Numbered from the whole stretch's first letter, positions 1-12,045 are shown. The stretch: DNA of 63,944 nt, filler included, from Octopus bimaculoides (GCF_001194135.2; 11 parts of 9 records of this genome joined end to end with filler, not necessarily neighbours in it); one strand, 5' to 3'. Notes: generated by a model from the letters alone, not told the origin. Translations and numbers: made by a program.

Positions 1-39
<39 letters not shown>

Positions 40-89
40 GAGAGAGAGGTAACATCCTATATTGTTTGCAGCAGATCCAGAATGTTAGG

Positions 90-700
90 TTCCTCGCTTT
101 GAACCAGAGATAAAGGGACAATCCATGTAGTGGAAACATCCCTCCTCGCCTGATTCAAACAAGGCCAAGATCGTTTCATCTACAGGAAAGGTGATGGCCT
201 CAGTTTTTGAGGATTGAAATGGCATTTTGTTTATTAACTATCTTCAAAAGGGCCATACCATCAATGGAGAGTGCTATGCCAACTTGTTGAAGCAGTTACA
301 AAAGTCTATCAAGACCAAACACCCAGGAAAACTGACGAAAGGTGTCTTGTTTCATCAGGACAATGCTAAAGCACACAAGTCCTTAGTCTCAATGTCTGCT
401 GTGCATGACTGTGGGTTTGAACTTGATCACCCTCCCTATTCTCCTGACTTGGCCCCATCTGACAATCATCTATTCCCCAATATGAAAATTCTCGGCTGGG
501 AGCCAGTATCGCAGTGAGGATGACGTCATATCTGCTGTTGATGACTTTTTTGAGCAATACGATGGAAACTTCTTCACCAATGAGATCCAAACACTGCAAC
601 ACCGATGTAAGAAATGTGTGGACTATGCTGAAAAATGCTCAACTGTTCACATTCCATGAGAGTATCTTGATCAGACTATGAATCTTTGAGCCGACTTTCG
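90..700 (+). mobile_element. Mariner (D,D34D) transposase 3' half, decayed, with right TIR
   Basis: Translates to GKVMASVF...FINYLQKGHTINGECYANLL...GVLFHQDNAKAH...DHPPYSPDLAPSD...QHRCKKCVDY with stops and frameshifts; ends in ...GCCGACTTTCG followed by TA (701-702). Confidence 0.9.
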
Positions 701-722
701 TACATATTTATGTATATGCATA

Positions 723-755
<33 letters not shown>

Positions 756-2048
756 NNNNNNNNNNNNNNNNNNNNNNNNNNNNNNNNNNNNNNNNNNNNN
801 NNNNNNNNNNNNNNNNNNNNNNNNNNNNNNNNNNNNNNNNNNNNNNNNNNNNNNNNNNNNNNNNNNNNNNNNNNNNNNNNNNNNNNNNNNNNNNNNNNNN
901 NNNNNNNNNNNNNNNNNNNNNNNNNNNNNNNNNNNNNNNNNNNNNNNNNNNNNNNNNNNNNNNNNNNNNNNNNNNNNNNNNNNNNNNNNNNNNNNNNNNN
1001 NNNNNNNNNNNNNNNNNNNNNNNNNNNNNNNNNNNNNNNNNNNNNNNNNNNNNNNNNNNNNNNNNNNNNNNNNNNNNNNNNNNNNNNNNNNNNNNNNNNN
1101 NNNNNNNNNNNNNNNNNNNNNNNNNNNNNNNNNNNNNNNNNNNNNNNNNNNNNNNNNNNNNNNNNNNNNNNNNNNNNNNNNNNNNNNNNNNNNNNNNNNN
1201 NNNNNNNNNNNNNNNNNNNNNNNNNNNNNNNNNNNNNNNNNNNNNNNNNNNNNNNNNNNNNNNNNNNNNNNNNNNNNNNNNNNNNNNNNNNNNNNNNNNN
1301 NNNNNNNNNNNNNNNNNNNNNNNNNNNNNNNNNNNNNNNNNNNNNNNNNNNNNNNNNNNNNNNNNNNNNNNNNNNNNNNNNNNNNNNTCTTAACAGATCT
1401 CATTATCCAAGAATTTTAAATCACAGATGTTGGTTTAAAATTAAACTCATGTCGAATATATGTAATTCAAAAATAAGTGTAAAAGATAGATTTTTTTTTC
1501 TTTTTTTTTTTTTGAGAATCAAAAGAATTAATTTCTTTAAAGTTTGCATCATCAGATAAAGTATTTTCTATTTACAGATTATTTAAAAATAAGAACAAAC
1601 AAACAAACTTCGTGCAAAATATAGAAATGACTCTCTTGCTTAAAAAAAAAACTTTGGAGTTATAAAATATCAATTTTGCTTAAATTTCTATTGTGTAATT
1701 TTTTTAAATATATGAAGTACGAAATTTGTAATATAAAATTTTTAATCTGTAAACTTGCCGGCTTTTGACTAAAATTGAGAATAAATAGCTTCTTGAGTAT
1801 TTTAATTTAGACTTTTATGTTAAAATAAAAAAATATAAAAAGGCATTATTACGATTTTAGTTTTTAAATTCTAACTTCAGTAGCAATATCTTAAGTTTGT
1901 TCATCTTGTCCTGTATTAATTTTTTTCCTTCTTGTCCAGGCTTAGTTACTGCTTAAATTGAACTTCTACAGGTTCAACACTTAAGGATATTCTCGCACTC
2001 AGTTCCCGCATTTTTCTTTCTAGTCCACCTTTTTTTTTTTCAAGCAAC

Positions 2049-2464
2049 ACTCTTTACTCTTTTACTCTTTTACTTATTTCAGTCTTTTGACTGTGGCCAT
2101 GCTGGAGCACCGCCTTTAGTCGAGCAAATCGACCCCAGGACTTATTCTTTGGAAGCCTAGTACTTATTCTTTCGGTCTCTTTTGCCGAACCGCTAAGTTA
2201 CAGGGACATAAACACACCAGCATCGGTTGTCAAGCGATGTTGGGGGGACAAACACAGACATACAAACACATACACACATACATATATATATACATATATA
2301 CGACAGGCTTCTTTCAGTTTCCGTCTACCAAATCCACTCACAAGGCATTGGTCGGCCCGAGGCTATAGTAGAAGACACTTGCCCAAGATGCTACGCAGTA
2401 GGACTGAACCCGGGACCATGTGGTTGGTAAGCAAGCTACTTACCACACAGCCACTCCTACGCCT
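2049..2464 (-). mobile_element. tRNA-derived SINE, family A (octopus OK/OR-like), near full length
   Basis: Minus-strand head GGCGTAGGAGTGGCTGTGTGGTAAG with B-box-like GGTTCAGTCC, body CTTGGGCAAGTGTCTTC, internal CA/TA microsatellite, (AAAAGAGT)n tail; many other copies in the window. Confidence 0.85.
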
Positions 2465-3159
2465 ACACACTTCTATTATTATAATTAATTATATTTACTT
2501 TTATATTTTTCATACTAGTAATACTAAAAATAAGACAGAACTGTTTTTGCTCAACACAAAGAAATTTTAAAATCAACTATTAACTTAGATTTTGTAAAAT
2601 TTGCAATAAAAATCGAAAATATATGAAAAAAAACGTACGCACACTATTTCTTGAACAATTTCAGAAATTTATTTTTGTCTAAATTTTCCCAAACACCTTC
2701 AGCTTCATTTTTCTAAGATCTGATAGCTAGTCACATATCTGGTCAAAATCGTACTATTTTCTCCAATATACTAACATCCAACATTTGCCTGCCATATTAA
2801 AAGCAGTAAAGGATTGTAATCATTGATAAATTTTTCAGTTGGTTTTCTTTGAAGTTGATGAAGCCTTTTGACACCTTTTCCATTTCATCTTATTTTGACA
2901 CTTTCAGCAAAAGCGGAGAAATTGAATCTTCCTTCAGCCTTAGGAAAGTTAAATCGACATCTTTTTACCACATTTTTTTTTCCTTTTACATAAATGCAAC
3001 AGTAAGTTTTGCTACATGGATGTATATGAAAACGACTGATGAAATTCTAAATAATAAAGTTAAATACTGAACATGGCTACCTACAAGTAATATATTATAT
3101 AATTTCTGGGAATTTTTTCAAGAGAATCTTTCTCAAACAGCTGCTTCATCCACCCAATT

Positions 3160-3925
3160 TTTCATATGAACATGAGAATTAGAAAGAAAATGAGGGAAGC
3201 CAAATAGGAATGGATAGCAGTCCAGTGCAAAATAATCAAAGCTGGGATATAGAAGGGTAACCGTAAGGTTGCTTATGAAGCCCTCAAAATTCCAACGAAA
3301 ACAAAGAAACGCACCACCCATAATTTTGAGGACAAAATGGGCCTTTCACGGATGGGAATGATGTCATCAAAAGACGGTCTGAGTACCACAAAGACTTTTA
3401 CAATCACAAATCCAAATATAACAGCAACACCCTAGACAATTCTAAAAACAACAACAGAAAACTTGGGGATACTCCAGTTCTCCAGGAGCAGAAGAGACAG
3501 TGCGCATGCTCAAAGATGGGAAGTCCCCAAGAGTGGATAACGTCGCATCAGAACTCCTAAATCAGGGAGAGCCAAAGCTTATCAAGGTACTAACAGTTAC
3601 CTGTCAGAAGATATGTGAGACGAAGCAGTGATCAAAGGAGTGGGCCCAATTACTGATGATGCCCATTCCTAAGAGAGGCAACTGAAGACTCTGCCAGAAT
3701 TATAGAATAATCAGCCAAATTAGTCACCCTAGCAAAGTATTGCTAAGAGTGCTGTTAAACAGACTTAAGGGGAAAGCGGGAGAAATCTTCGCAGAACAGA
3801 CAGGATATAGGCCACAAAGGAGTACTGTGGAGCAGATATTTAAAATTAGATTGCTCACTGAGGAACATCTGCAAAACCAGTCTGACCTTTATCATAACTT
3901 CATCAACTTCAAGAAGGCCTTTATA
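3160..3925 (+). mobile_element. RTE-clade (BovB-like) LINE fragment, linker and N-terminal RT, decayed
   Basis: KKMREAK*EWI...VRMLKDGKSPRVDNVASELL...CQNYRIISQISHPSKVLLRVLLNRLK...QTGYRPQRSTVEQIF...FINFKKAF. Confidence 0.85.
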
Positions 3926-4069
3926 TCTTAATATCTTAAAATGACAAAATTATGTTGGTTTGTTAAAATGATCCCCTTTTTTTTTCGTCCCCTAAAGCCA
4001 CATCACTTTTTGTAGCGATTGTCTTTTGACGAGGTTTTTAACATAAAATTATTTTCATAGAGCTCTTAT

Positions 4070-4530
4070 CTGAACGCAACTATTGTATAGTTTTGGGGAT
4101 TTTTTACAATATTTGAGATATTTTGAGTCAAAATCAATTTTGGTTACTTATCATTTCTTTTTATCACTTAAAGCTACAATTCATTTTTGTAGCTAATATT
4201 TTTCGACGAAGTTTTCACCAAAAGATTCTTTGCAATGAGCACATCCTTTCAAAACCAATTAATCTATAATTTTCTTTAAAAGTAACAGAGATATTTTGAT
4301 TTAAATTCAATTTTCGCCTTACCCTCACATATTTTGATCTAACGTTTTTTCTAATGAACCAAATTTTAATTATTTCATCTCCAAACGTAACTTAGGAATG
4401 GACCATCATTGCTTTAAAAAGAACTGTATTCAATTTGGTTGAGAACTGGATTAGATATGAAGCCTAGAATTGCCCGAGAGTGATTAAAACTTGACCTTAA
4501 CAATATATTCACCGTGGGTGAATGATATAT
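4070..4530. repeat. Unclassified AT-rich interspersed repeat, copy 1
   Basis: Aligns by eye with 5031-5510 (shared TAGCTAATATTTTTC..CGAAGTTTTCACCAAAA, GATGAAGCCTAGAA, CCGTGGGTGAATGATATAT). Confidence 0.7.
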
Positions 4531-5030
4531 TTTTATAAACAAACATTGAAGTGCCGAGTGAGATGACATTTTACAGAAAATAAAGGAATTCTCGAACACA
4601 GAATAGCTGTAAAAACAGTTTAGGGGATCGGGTAAATACCCTTAGAAAACGGAAAGAAGTGGCCAGCAAGCCACTATAGAGAATCGATCCGAAAATTCCG
4701 GTTAAGAGCTCCATACAATTAAGATAAGTGACTGTTGACGTCAGATACCGTCTTCTATAACGCTAAATATCTTAGAGACAAAATAATTTTGATTTGTTAA
4801 AATGAGCACCATTTTTTTTTTTTTTTTTTNNNNNNNNNNNNNNNNNNNNNNNNNNNNNNNNNNNNNNNNNNNNNNNNNNNNNNNNNNNNNNNNNNNNNNN
4901 NNNNNNNNNNNNNNNNNNNNNNNNNNNNNNNNNNNNNNNNNNNNNNNNNNNNNNNNNNNNNNNNNNNNNNNNNNNNNNNNNNNNNNNNNNNNNNNNNNNN
5001 NNNNNNNNNNNNNNNNNNNNNNNNNNNNNN

Positions 5031-5510
5031 TTTCATTTGAACACAACTATTAGATTGTTTGTTTTTTTACAATAGCTGAGATATTTTCGTTCAAAGTCAG
5101 TTTGGTGGGGGTTACTTACCAGTTTTTCCGTAACTACACTACTTTTTTCGTAGCTAATATTTTTCAACGAAGTTTTCACCAAAAATTTTTTCTCAATGAT
5201 CTCATTCTTCAAAATCCAATTAATCTATAATATTCTTTTTAAATAACTAAGATATTTTGATTCAAAGTCAATTTTTCGCCTTACTCTCCCAATTTTGACC
5301 TCATATATTTTGATCTAACTTTTTCTAATGAATCAAATTTCGATTATTTTATCTCCAAATGTAGCTTACGGCTGAGCCATTATTGCTTTAAAAAATCGCA
5401 CTCAATTTGATTGAGAACTGAATTAGTGATGAAGCCTAGAAGTGCTAGCAGGTGATTAAACGTTTGACCTTAAGAATATATTCACTCACTGCCGTGGGTG
5501 AATGATATAT
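5031..5510. repeat. Unclassified AT-rich interspersed repeat, copy 2 (direct orientation)
   Basis: Diverged direct copy of 4070-4530. Confidence 0.7.
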
Positions 5511-5789
5511 ATTCTTTTATTAGGGAAATATATAACATTTGTATTACTGTTAATAATATTTTTGTTGGAGAGGCTGTTGAATATCAATCTTTTAAGGATT
5601 GTAGAGAATCGATTTTCACTAAATAATATTCTCAACACTCCGTGGTTACTATGATATTAAATCCTGTTTTTCCAATTTTTCTACACTTGTTGGTTCTGGA
5701 GGAAGTTTTATTGTCCCTGACAATTGCAATCTATTTATTACTGGTCGGCTTCATATTATTAATATTTGCTTAAAGTTTTACAGGAAAAG

Positions 5790-6215
5790 CGTGTTCAAGA
5801 AAATTAGAGATCTGATATTAGGGAGAGAAAGAGACGAGCATAATATTTAATGTGTGACCAAGTGGGTTGCATTACCAAGTGTGACGAAAAGTGGATTGAC
5901 GAGCAAGTGGTGGGGTCTGAGTAGTGGAGGTACGAGACTAAGCAATTCCGTGAAATAGAATCCATTATAGTAGCGTTGGAAAAGATAAAGAGGAGAGAGT
6001 ATTCCTGATGTCAAAGGTTGGATAGTGTCTGTTTGTAATTAAATAATAATTAGTCATGTGACCCTTCCCTTGATGCGGACCAGGATGTCTGTGTAAGCTG
6101 CAGTAGCTGTATCCCAGATGTGGGAAGAGATTTGCATTATAAGCCTCAATTAAGCTTTATAGATTGTCAACAGCTGATGGCGGGTAAAAATTGCAACCTT
6201 CTGAAATATCGTCCA
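5790..6215 (-). mobile_element. CR1/L2-group LINE 3' coding end, decayed
   Basis: Frameshifted minus-strand translation resembles the post-RT region of CR1/L2 LINEs (..HIWD..AAYTDILVRIK..LITNRHYPTF..TLSSLSFP..). Confidence 0.55.
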
Positions 6216-6281
6216 GGCAGGCAGGTAGGTAGGTAGATGGTGGGTACGTATGTGTGTGTGCACGCGCGTGCGTGTGTTAAC

Positions 6282-6333
<52 letters not shown>

Positions 6334-6741
6334 NNNNNNNNNNNNNNNNNNNNNNNNNNNNNNNNNNNNNNNNNNNNNNNNNNNNNNNNNNNNNNNNNNN
6401 NNNNNNNNNNNNNNNNNNNNNNNNNNNNNNNNNNNNNNNNNNNNNNNNNNNNNNNNNNNNNNNNNNNNNNNNNNNNNNNNNNNNNNNNNNNNNNNNNNNN
6501 NNNNNNNNNNNNNNNNNNNNNNNNNNNNNNNNNNNNNNNNNNNNNNNNNNNNNNNNNNNNNNNNNNNNNNNNNNNNNNNNNNNNNNNNNNNNNNNNNNNN
6601 NNNNNNNNNNNNNNNNNNNNNNNNNNNNNNNNNNNNNNNNNNNNNNNNNNNNNNNNNNNNNNNNNNNNNNNNNNNNNNNNNNNNNNNNNNNNTATATATA
6701 TATATATTAATTATATTATTCTTTCACAAGAATAAGGTTGA

Positions 6742-6822
6742 CAATGACTTCGAAGTTTCGGTCTGCTAGACTTTATTGAACAGTCCAATGGAGGCTAGCA
6801 GGGCGAAACTTCGAAGTTACTG
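6742..6822. repeat. Long imperfect hairpin (23-bp core arms 6747-6769 and 6795-6817)
   Basis: ACTTCGAAGTTTCGGTCTGCTAG ... CTAGCAGGGCGAAACTTCGAAGT are near-perfect reverse complements. Confidence 0.75.
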
Positions 6823-7247
6823 CAAATACTAATTTTGTAAAAGAATGATAAATACGTATTCTACAAATTGACTAATCCTTCAGCTTAGTCTAATTAGAGC
6901 ATTAATGAAAACATTAAAAAAGACATTATTACGACTTGACTTCTCTATATTAGTCAAGCAGACTGAAGTATTGTCAGTAAAGTCAGAAAATAAAAAGAAA
7001 AATTGACAGTTAGCAAAATTTTAATTTTATCTATTTATTTATTTGTCTATTTGTCTATTTTTGTTTTTGCTCAACAAGTCGTTATTTGCTATTTGCTTCT
7101 ATTTAGAGATCAAAGGATATGACTACTACTCCCTTCAAACTCTGTTTTTGTGATCTAGACATCAATGTTTTGAAACTGAAACTGACCTATTTTCCATTAC
7201 ATTTCAGACAGATTCGGCGTTGAGTTGCTGAAGCAGAAATATTTTTA

Positions 7248-7415
7248 TAGTAAATATTCTGCTCAATACCATAGACTTGTTTGTTAGTCGTTTAATCTTA
7301 AATCACTTGAGCATGTCCCTTAGTGGCTGACAATATATGCATCTCTGGTCATGAGCAGGAGTAGTGGGGAAGCATCATAACCATGTGTTGAGAGAGATTC
7401 TTTAGGGTTTGAGAA
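7248..7415. repeat. Partial inverted copy of the unclassified repeat at 9668-10190
   Basis: Reverse complement of about 9948-10110 (AGTAAATATTCTGCTC..; GTCCCTTAGTGGCT..; GTGTTGAGAG). Confidence 0.75.
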
Positions 7416-7808
7416 TAAATGAAACAAAAGCAAAGTCTGAAGGAAATATTAGCCATTTTTCATACTTTCTAAGAATAAGCAAATACGAAATAACAGTGAC
7501 TACCCAAGGACAAAAATTCGTTTTACACAAAGTAATTGTAATGTTTTTGGTATGAGTTAAAATTTCATCCGGTAGTGTAGGTCTGTTTCGGGAGTTCCCA
7601 GGTTTTGAAGGATAAAAATATGGATTAATAGCACCTCGAGGAATATAATCAATATGGAACACACATACAGAAGATACGTGTTTTGCTAGTTTGTGGGTAG
7701 GCTGTGCTTATAGGCATAAGAGAATATATTCTCGTCAATGCGCTTGGTGTTAAAACACCTGGAAGTCATAGACAAGCGAGATAACACGCATCCAGTGCCA
7801 TTCAGGAG

Positions 7809-7853
7809 CGATAGACATCGATGTTTCGTCATTTTTGTGACTTGTCAATGCCA
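7809..7853 (-). ncRNA. Decayed minimal type-I hammerhead motif
   Basis: Minus: UGGCA-UUGACAA-GUCA(caaaaa)UGAC-GAAAC-AUCGAU-GU-C-UAUCG; helix II and palindromic helix III intact, core has C3U and G8A, helix I weak. Confidence 0.45.
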
Positions 7854-8018
7854 TGTACTAGAAACGAGATCCGATACAAGCATATAGTCGCAAGAAAACA
7901 AAAGACGCTAAGCATATAGTCGCAAGCTAAAGCATATGGTCATAGACAGCGATTTAACTTGCATCGGACCTCGTTTCGGGCATGCGGTACTGACATACTT
8001 TGTGTATGTGTGTTCGAT

Positions 8019-8220
8019 ACATACATACATACATACATACATACATAAATACATACATACATACATAAATACATACATACATGCATACATACATACATAC
8101 ATACATACATACATACATACATACATACATACATACATACATACATACGTACCTACGTACGTACGTTCGCATATATGAATATATGTTGCGCGAAGTGTTC
8201 GAGAGAAGATAGATAGATAA

Positions 8221-8287
<67 letters not shown>

Positions 8288-8288
8288 C
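8019..8288. repeat. (ATAC)n and (GATA)n microsatellites
   Basis: Direct observation. Confidence 0.95.
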
Positions 8289-8384
8289 ATGTACAGAGAA
8301 AACCATCTATCTGACTACTTTGTGTGTTTTGCATATATAACGTCAAAATGCTTTCATCAACACTCACCTTGTGTGCATGTATAT

Positions 8385-8870
8385 ACCGTTGCAGATTGAT
8401 TCAGATTTGTCGGGAATTCTTCCGTTATTGTTGTCATCGAGGAAAATTTTGATTATATCGATGGAGTAATATCTATGTCACCGTCTAGAGTGTCTTCATC
8501 TGTCGTTACCTTACTAATACACGGTATCATCGCTTCAGTTATCAGCTTGGCTCCTGAACGCAGACTTGCGAGGAAACATGTCTGCTTTGCATCATCTTTC
8601 CGTTTTCAATGGATTAAAAAAATTCAAATTACTAACAAATTTATGGACATAATTCGATTTATTGTAAGAGAAGCCAACAAGAAATAGGTGTCCAACGATA
8701 GGCTATATCGCAAGTGAAGTTTGTAAAAATATTTTCTCGTTTCTTTCAGTTTGCTATTATGACGTCATAATTACATTAAGCATTTCGGGATCACTTGTAT
8801 TTAAATATTCTTTTAATACCTAAATCCCTTCTTCCTCTTCCTTCTCCTCCGCCTTTTCTTCTTTTTCTGG
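8385..8870 (+). repeat. Unclassified repeat carrying an ATTATGACGTCATAAT palindrome and a TTC-rich tail, copy 1
   Basis: Inverted copy at 11529-12045; partial direct copy at 10215-10305 plus 10693-10731; 16-bp palindrome at 8756-8771. Confidence 0.8.
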
Positions 8871-8939
8871 TTTAACCGTCTCTCCCATAAATATAGCTGA
8901 CTTTGTGCCAAAACTTAAGACCTCTAATTATTATTCTGA

Positions 8940-9055
8940 TCATTTCGAGGTCGATGAAATACGAACCAGTTGAGCCCTAGGGTCAATGTAATCGTCCTAC
9001 CTCCTCCATTAAAATTGCCGGGCTTGTACCAACATTTGAAACCACTATTATTATT
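8940..9055 (+). mobile_element. Nin/Deu-domain SINE 3' fragment ending in (TAT)n
   Basis: TTTCGAGGTCGATGAAATA..CCAGTTGA..GGGTCAATGTAATCG..GGCTTGTACCAACATTTGAAACC-(TAT)n; same layout as 52800-52920. Confidence 0.6.
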
Positions 9056-9667
9056 CATATACACTCAACAGATTAGACTGTTAGAAAAGAAAAGAATCCT
9101 AACATCGGGCTACAACAAGTAGCCTTAGATGCCAATGGACCCTCCTATTGGGTCACAGCAAGTAACCTTAGATGCCAAGAACCCTCCTAAGTATCCTAGC
9201 TATCCCTAATAACAATGTTTTCTTCAGCTGTACTAAACTGGGTCTTATGCCTATATCCTCTTTCCATCTGTTCAGATCTTTAGGGATAGTTCCCAATGCA
9301 CCTTTAACTACAGGGATACATTTTACCAGCACTTTCCATAGTCTGTCATTCAATGGCTAGGTCCTGGTACTTTGCTATTCTTTCTATACCTCTCATATTG
9401 ATTTTTTCATCTTTTGGGACTGTAAAGTCAATTATATGGCACTTTCTATTCTCTTTATCTACAACTGCTAAATTAGGCCTTCTAGCTTCTATTACTCTCT
9501 CAGTCTGAATGTTAAAGTCTCACAACATCTTGTATTCCTTACTTTCTAATACTTTACTAGGTTCATGTTCATACCGTTTATCAGTATGTTCAAATCCTAG
9601 CTTTCTACATAACTCCCAGTGGATTGCTCTCTCTAGATTTTCATATATTTTCTTGTATTCTTTCTGT
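9046..9667 (-). mobile_element. R4/Dong-clade non-LTR retrotransposon 3' end (restriction-like endonuclease domain)
   Basis: QKEYKK..AIHWELCRKLG..EHEP..DFNIQTERVIEARRPNLAVVDKE..IIDFTVPKD..KYQDL..IPVVKGALGTIPK..LLLGIARILRRVLGI* (stop at 9168-9170); ~43-bp tandem duplication of the ORF end; 3' end abuts AATAATAATA. Confidence 0.85.
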
Positions 9668-10190
9668 AGCAACGTATGTCATCAAAGTGACACAGGAGTA
9701 AAATATACGAAGGCCATTATACCCATCATGACTGCCCGTCTGATAAGGGTACACCAGACTCATGCATCACAACCAAATGTGCGCGACATGGTGACCTTAT
9801 ATCACGATAAACATCGCATGACCTTGCAGGTGGGGCCCAGTTAGAATTTTCTTCAAGTTGAGTAGCACATCCCGCTCAAAAGGTCCCTGAATAAGGTTTG
9901 TTTAAGGATGATGGACAATACACCTATGTTTCCAGAGATTAATTATTCAAACCCCAAATAATTCCTCTCAACACATTGCTATGATATTCCCCCACTACTT
10001 CTGCTCATGATTAGAGACGCACATATCGTTAGCCACTAAGGGACATTCTCAACTGTTTATGGTAAAGCAACTGACAAGCAAATCTGTGGTATAGAGCAGA
10101 ATATTTACTGTGGCCCATCTTTTATACCAAGACAAAACAATGTACATGATAACACTTCCAATCAGTTAAGATCAAAAGCTATGGTCGCTT
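9668..10190. repeat. Unclassified interspersed repeat (second copy at 7248-7415)
   Basis: GC-richer block with an inverted partial copy about 2.6 kb upstream. Confidence 0.65.
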
Positions 10191-10309
10191 CGTTTGACAA
10201 TACTTACTGGGTGTCAACCAGATACCTAGAATATATCGCAAGTGAAGTATGTAAAAATATTTCCTCGTTTCTCACAATTTGCTATTATGACGTCATAATT
10301 GTATTTGGT

Positions 10310-10692
10310 TGTGGGCCAGTCGATTAGATCGACTCCAGCACGCAATTGGTACTTAATTTATCGACCTCGAAAGGATGAATGGCAAAGTCGACATCGGCGG
10401 AATTTGAACTCAGAACGTAAAGACAAACGAAATACCGCTAAGCATTTAGCCCGGCTTGCTAACGTTTCTTATTTCTTTATTGCCCACAAGGGGCTAAAGA
10501 CAAACAAGGACAGACAAAGGGATTAAGTCGATTACATCGACCCCAGTGCGTAACTGATACTTAATTTATCGGCCCCGAAAGGATGAAAGGCAAAGTCGAC
10601 CTCGGCGGAATTTGAACTCAGAACGTAACGGCGGACGAAATACCGCTAAGCATTTCGCCCGGCGTGCTAACGTTTCTACCAGCTCGCCGCTT
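10310..10692 (-). mobile_element. Two head-to-tail or nested Nin/Deu-domain SINE copies
   Basis: Both carry GTCGACTTTGCCTTTCATCCTTTCGGGG.CGATAAATTAAGTA (minus strand) and head GGCGAGCTGG.AGAAACGTTAGC; junction repeats CTAACGTTTCT. Confidence 0.85.
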
Positions 10693-11424
10693 TTTCTGTT
10701 GTATATTTGAATATCCTTTTAATACTTGAAGNNNNNNNNNNNNNNNNNNNNNNNNNNNNNNNNNNNNNNNNNNNNNNNNNNNNNNNNNNNNNNNNNNNNN
10801 NNNNNNNNNNNNNNNNNNNNNNNNNNNNNNNNNNNNNNNNNNNNNNNNNNNNNNNNNNNNNNNNNNNNNNNNNNNNNNNNNNNNNNNNNNNNNNNNNNNN
10901 NNNNNNNNNNNNNNNNNNNNNNNNNNNNNNNNNNNNNNNNNNNNNNNNNNNNNNNNNNNNNNNNNNNNNNNNNNNNNNNNNNNNNNNNNNNNNNNNNNNN
11001 NNNNNNNNNNNNNNNNNNNNNNNNNNNNNNNNNNNNNNNNNNNNNNNNNNNNNNNNNNNNNNNNNNNNNNNNNNNNNNNNNNNNNNNNNNNNNNNNNNNN
11101 NNNNNNNNNNNNNNNNNNNNNNNNNNNNNNNNNNNNNNNNNNNNNNNNNNNNNNNNNNNNNNNNNNNNNNNNNNNNNNNNNNNNNNNNNNNNNNNNNNNN
11201 NNNNNNNNNNNNNNNNNNNNNNNNNNNNNNNNNNNNNNNNNNNNNNNNNNNNNNNNNNNNNNNNNNNNNNNNNNNNNNNNNNNNNNNNNNNNNNNNNNNN
11301 NNNNNNNNNNNNNNNNNNNNNNNNNNNNNNNNNNNNNNNNNNNNNNNNNNNNNNNNNNNNNNNNNNNNNNNNNNNNNNNNNNNNNNNNNNNNNNNNNNNN
11401 NNNNNNNNNNNNNNNNNNNTTTTT

Positions 11425-11544
11425 TTCTTCTTCTTCTTCTTCTTCTTCTTCTTCTTCTTCTTCTTCTTCTTCTCAGTTAGAGTGAAGCTGGCAAGCTGGC
11501 AGAATCTTTAGTACGTCTTGCGAAAAGAGAAGAAGAAGAAGAAG

Positions 11545-11574
<30 letters not shown>
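11425..11574. repeat. (TTC)n and (GAA)n tracts in inverted orientation around a 55-bp spacer
   Basis: TTC tract 11425-11473, GAA tract 11529-11574; spacer contains a Nin-SINE head fragment (GCAAGCTGGCAGAATC). Confidence 0.9.
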
Positions 11575-11575
<1 letters not shown>

Positions 11576-12045
11576 GATTTAAGTATTAAAAAGATATTCA
11601 AATATACAACGTGATCCTTAACTTGTTGATACAATTATGACGTCATAATAACAAATTGAGATAAACGAGAAAATATTCTTACAAACTTCACTTGGGATGT
11701 ATCCTATCGTTGGACATCAAGTCCTTGTTGGTAATTCTTACAATAAATTGGTTTGCGTTAATGAATTTACTAATAATTTGATTTATTCTTTTAACCTATT
11801 GAAAATGACAGGTTATGTAAAACAGACGGGTTTCCTCGTTACGACTCCTTCCAATAGCCAAGCGAATAATTGAAACGGTGATAACTTGTATTAGAAAGGT
11901 AAAGACAGATGAAGAAACCCTAGAAGACGACATAGATGTTATTCCATTGATATCGTCAAAATTTTCCTTGATGACAGCAACAACGAAAGAATTCTCGACA
12001 AATCTGAATCAATCTGCACACGGGATAAGTATTGATGGAAGCATT
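11529..12045 (-). repeat. Unclassified CRE-palindrome repeat, copy 2 (inverted)
   Basis: Reverse complement of 8385-8870; palindrome at 11634-11649. Confidence 0.8.

Noticed and set aside
8390-8560. Protein-coding origin of the CRE-palindrome repeat
   Set aside because: Differences between copies 1 and 2 are spread about evenly over the three codon positions, and every frame has stops in at least one copy
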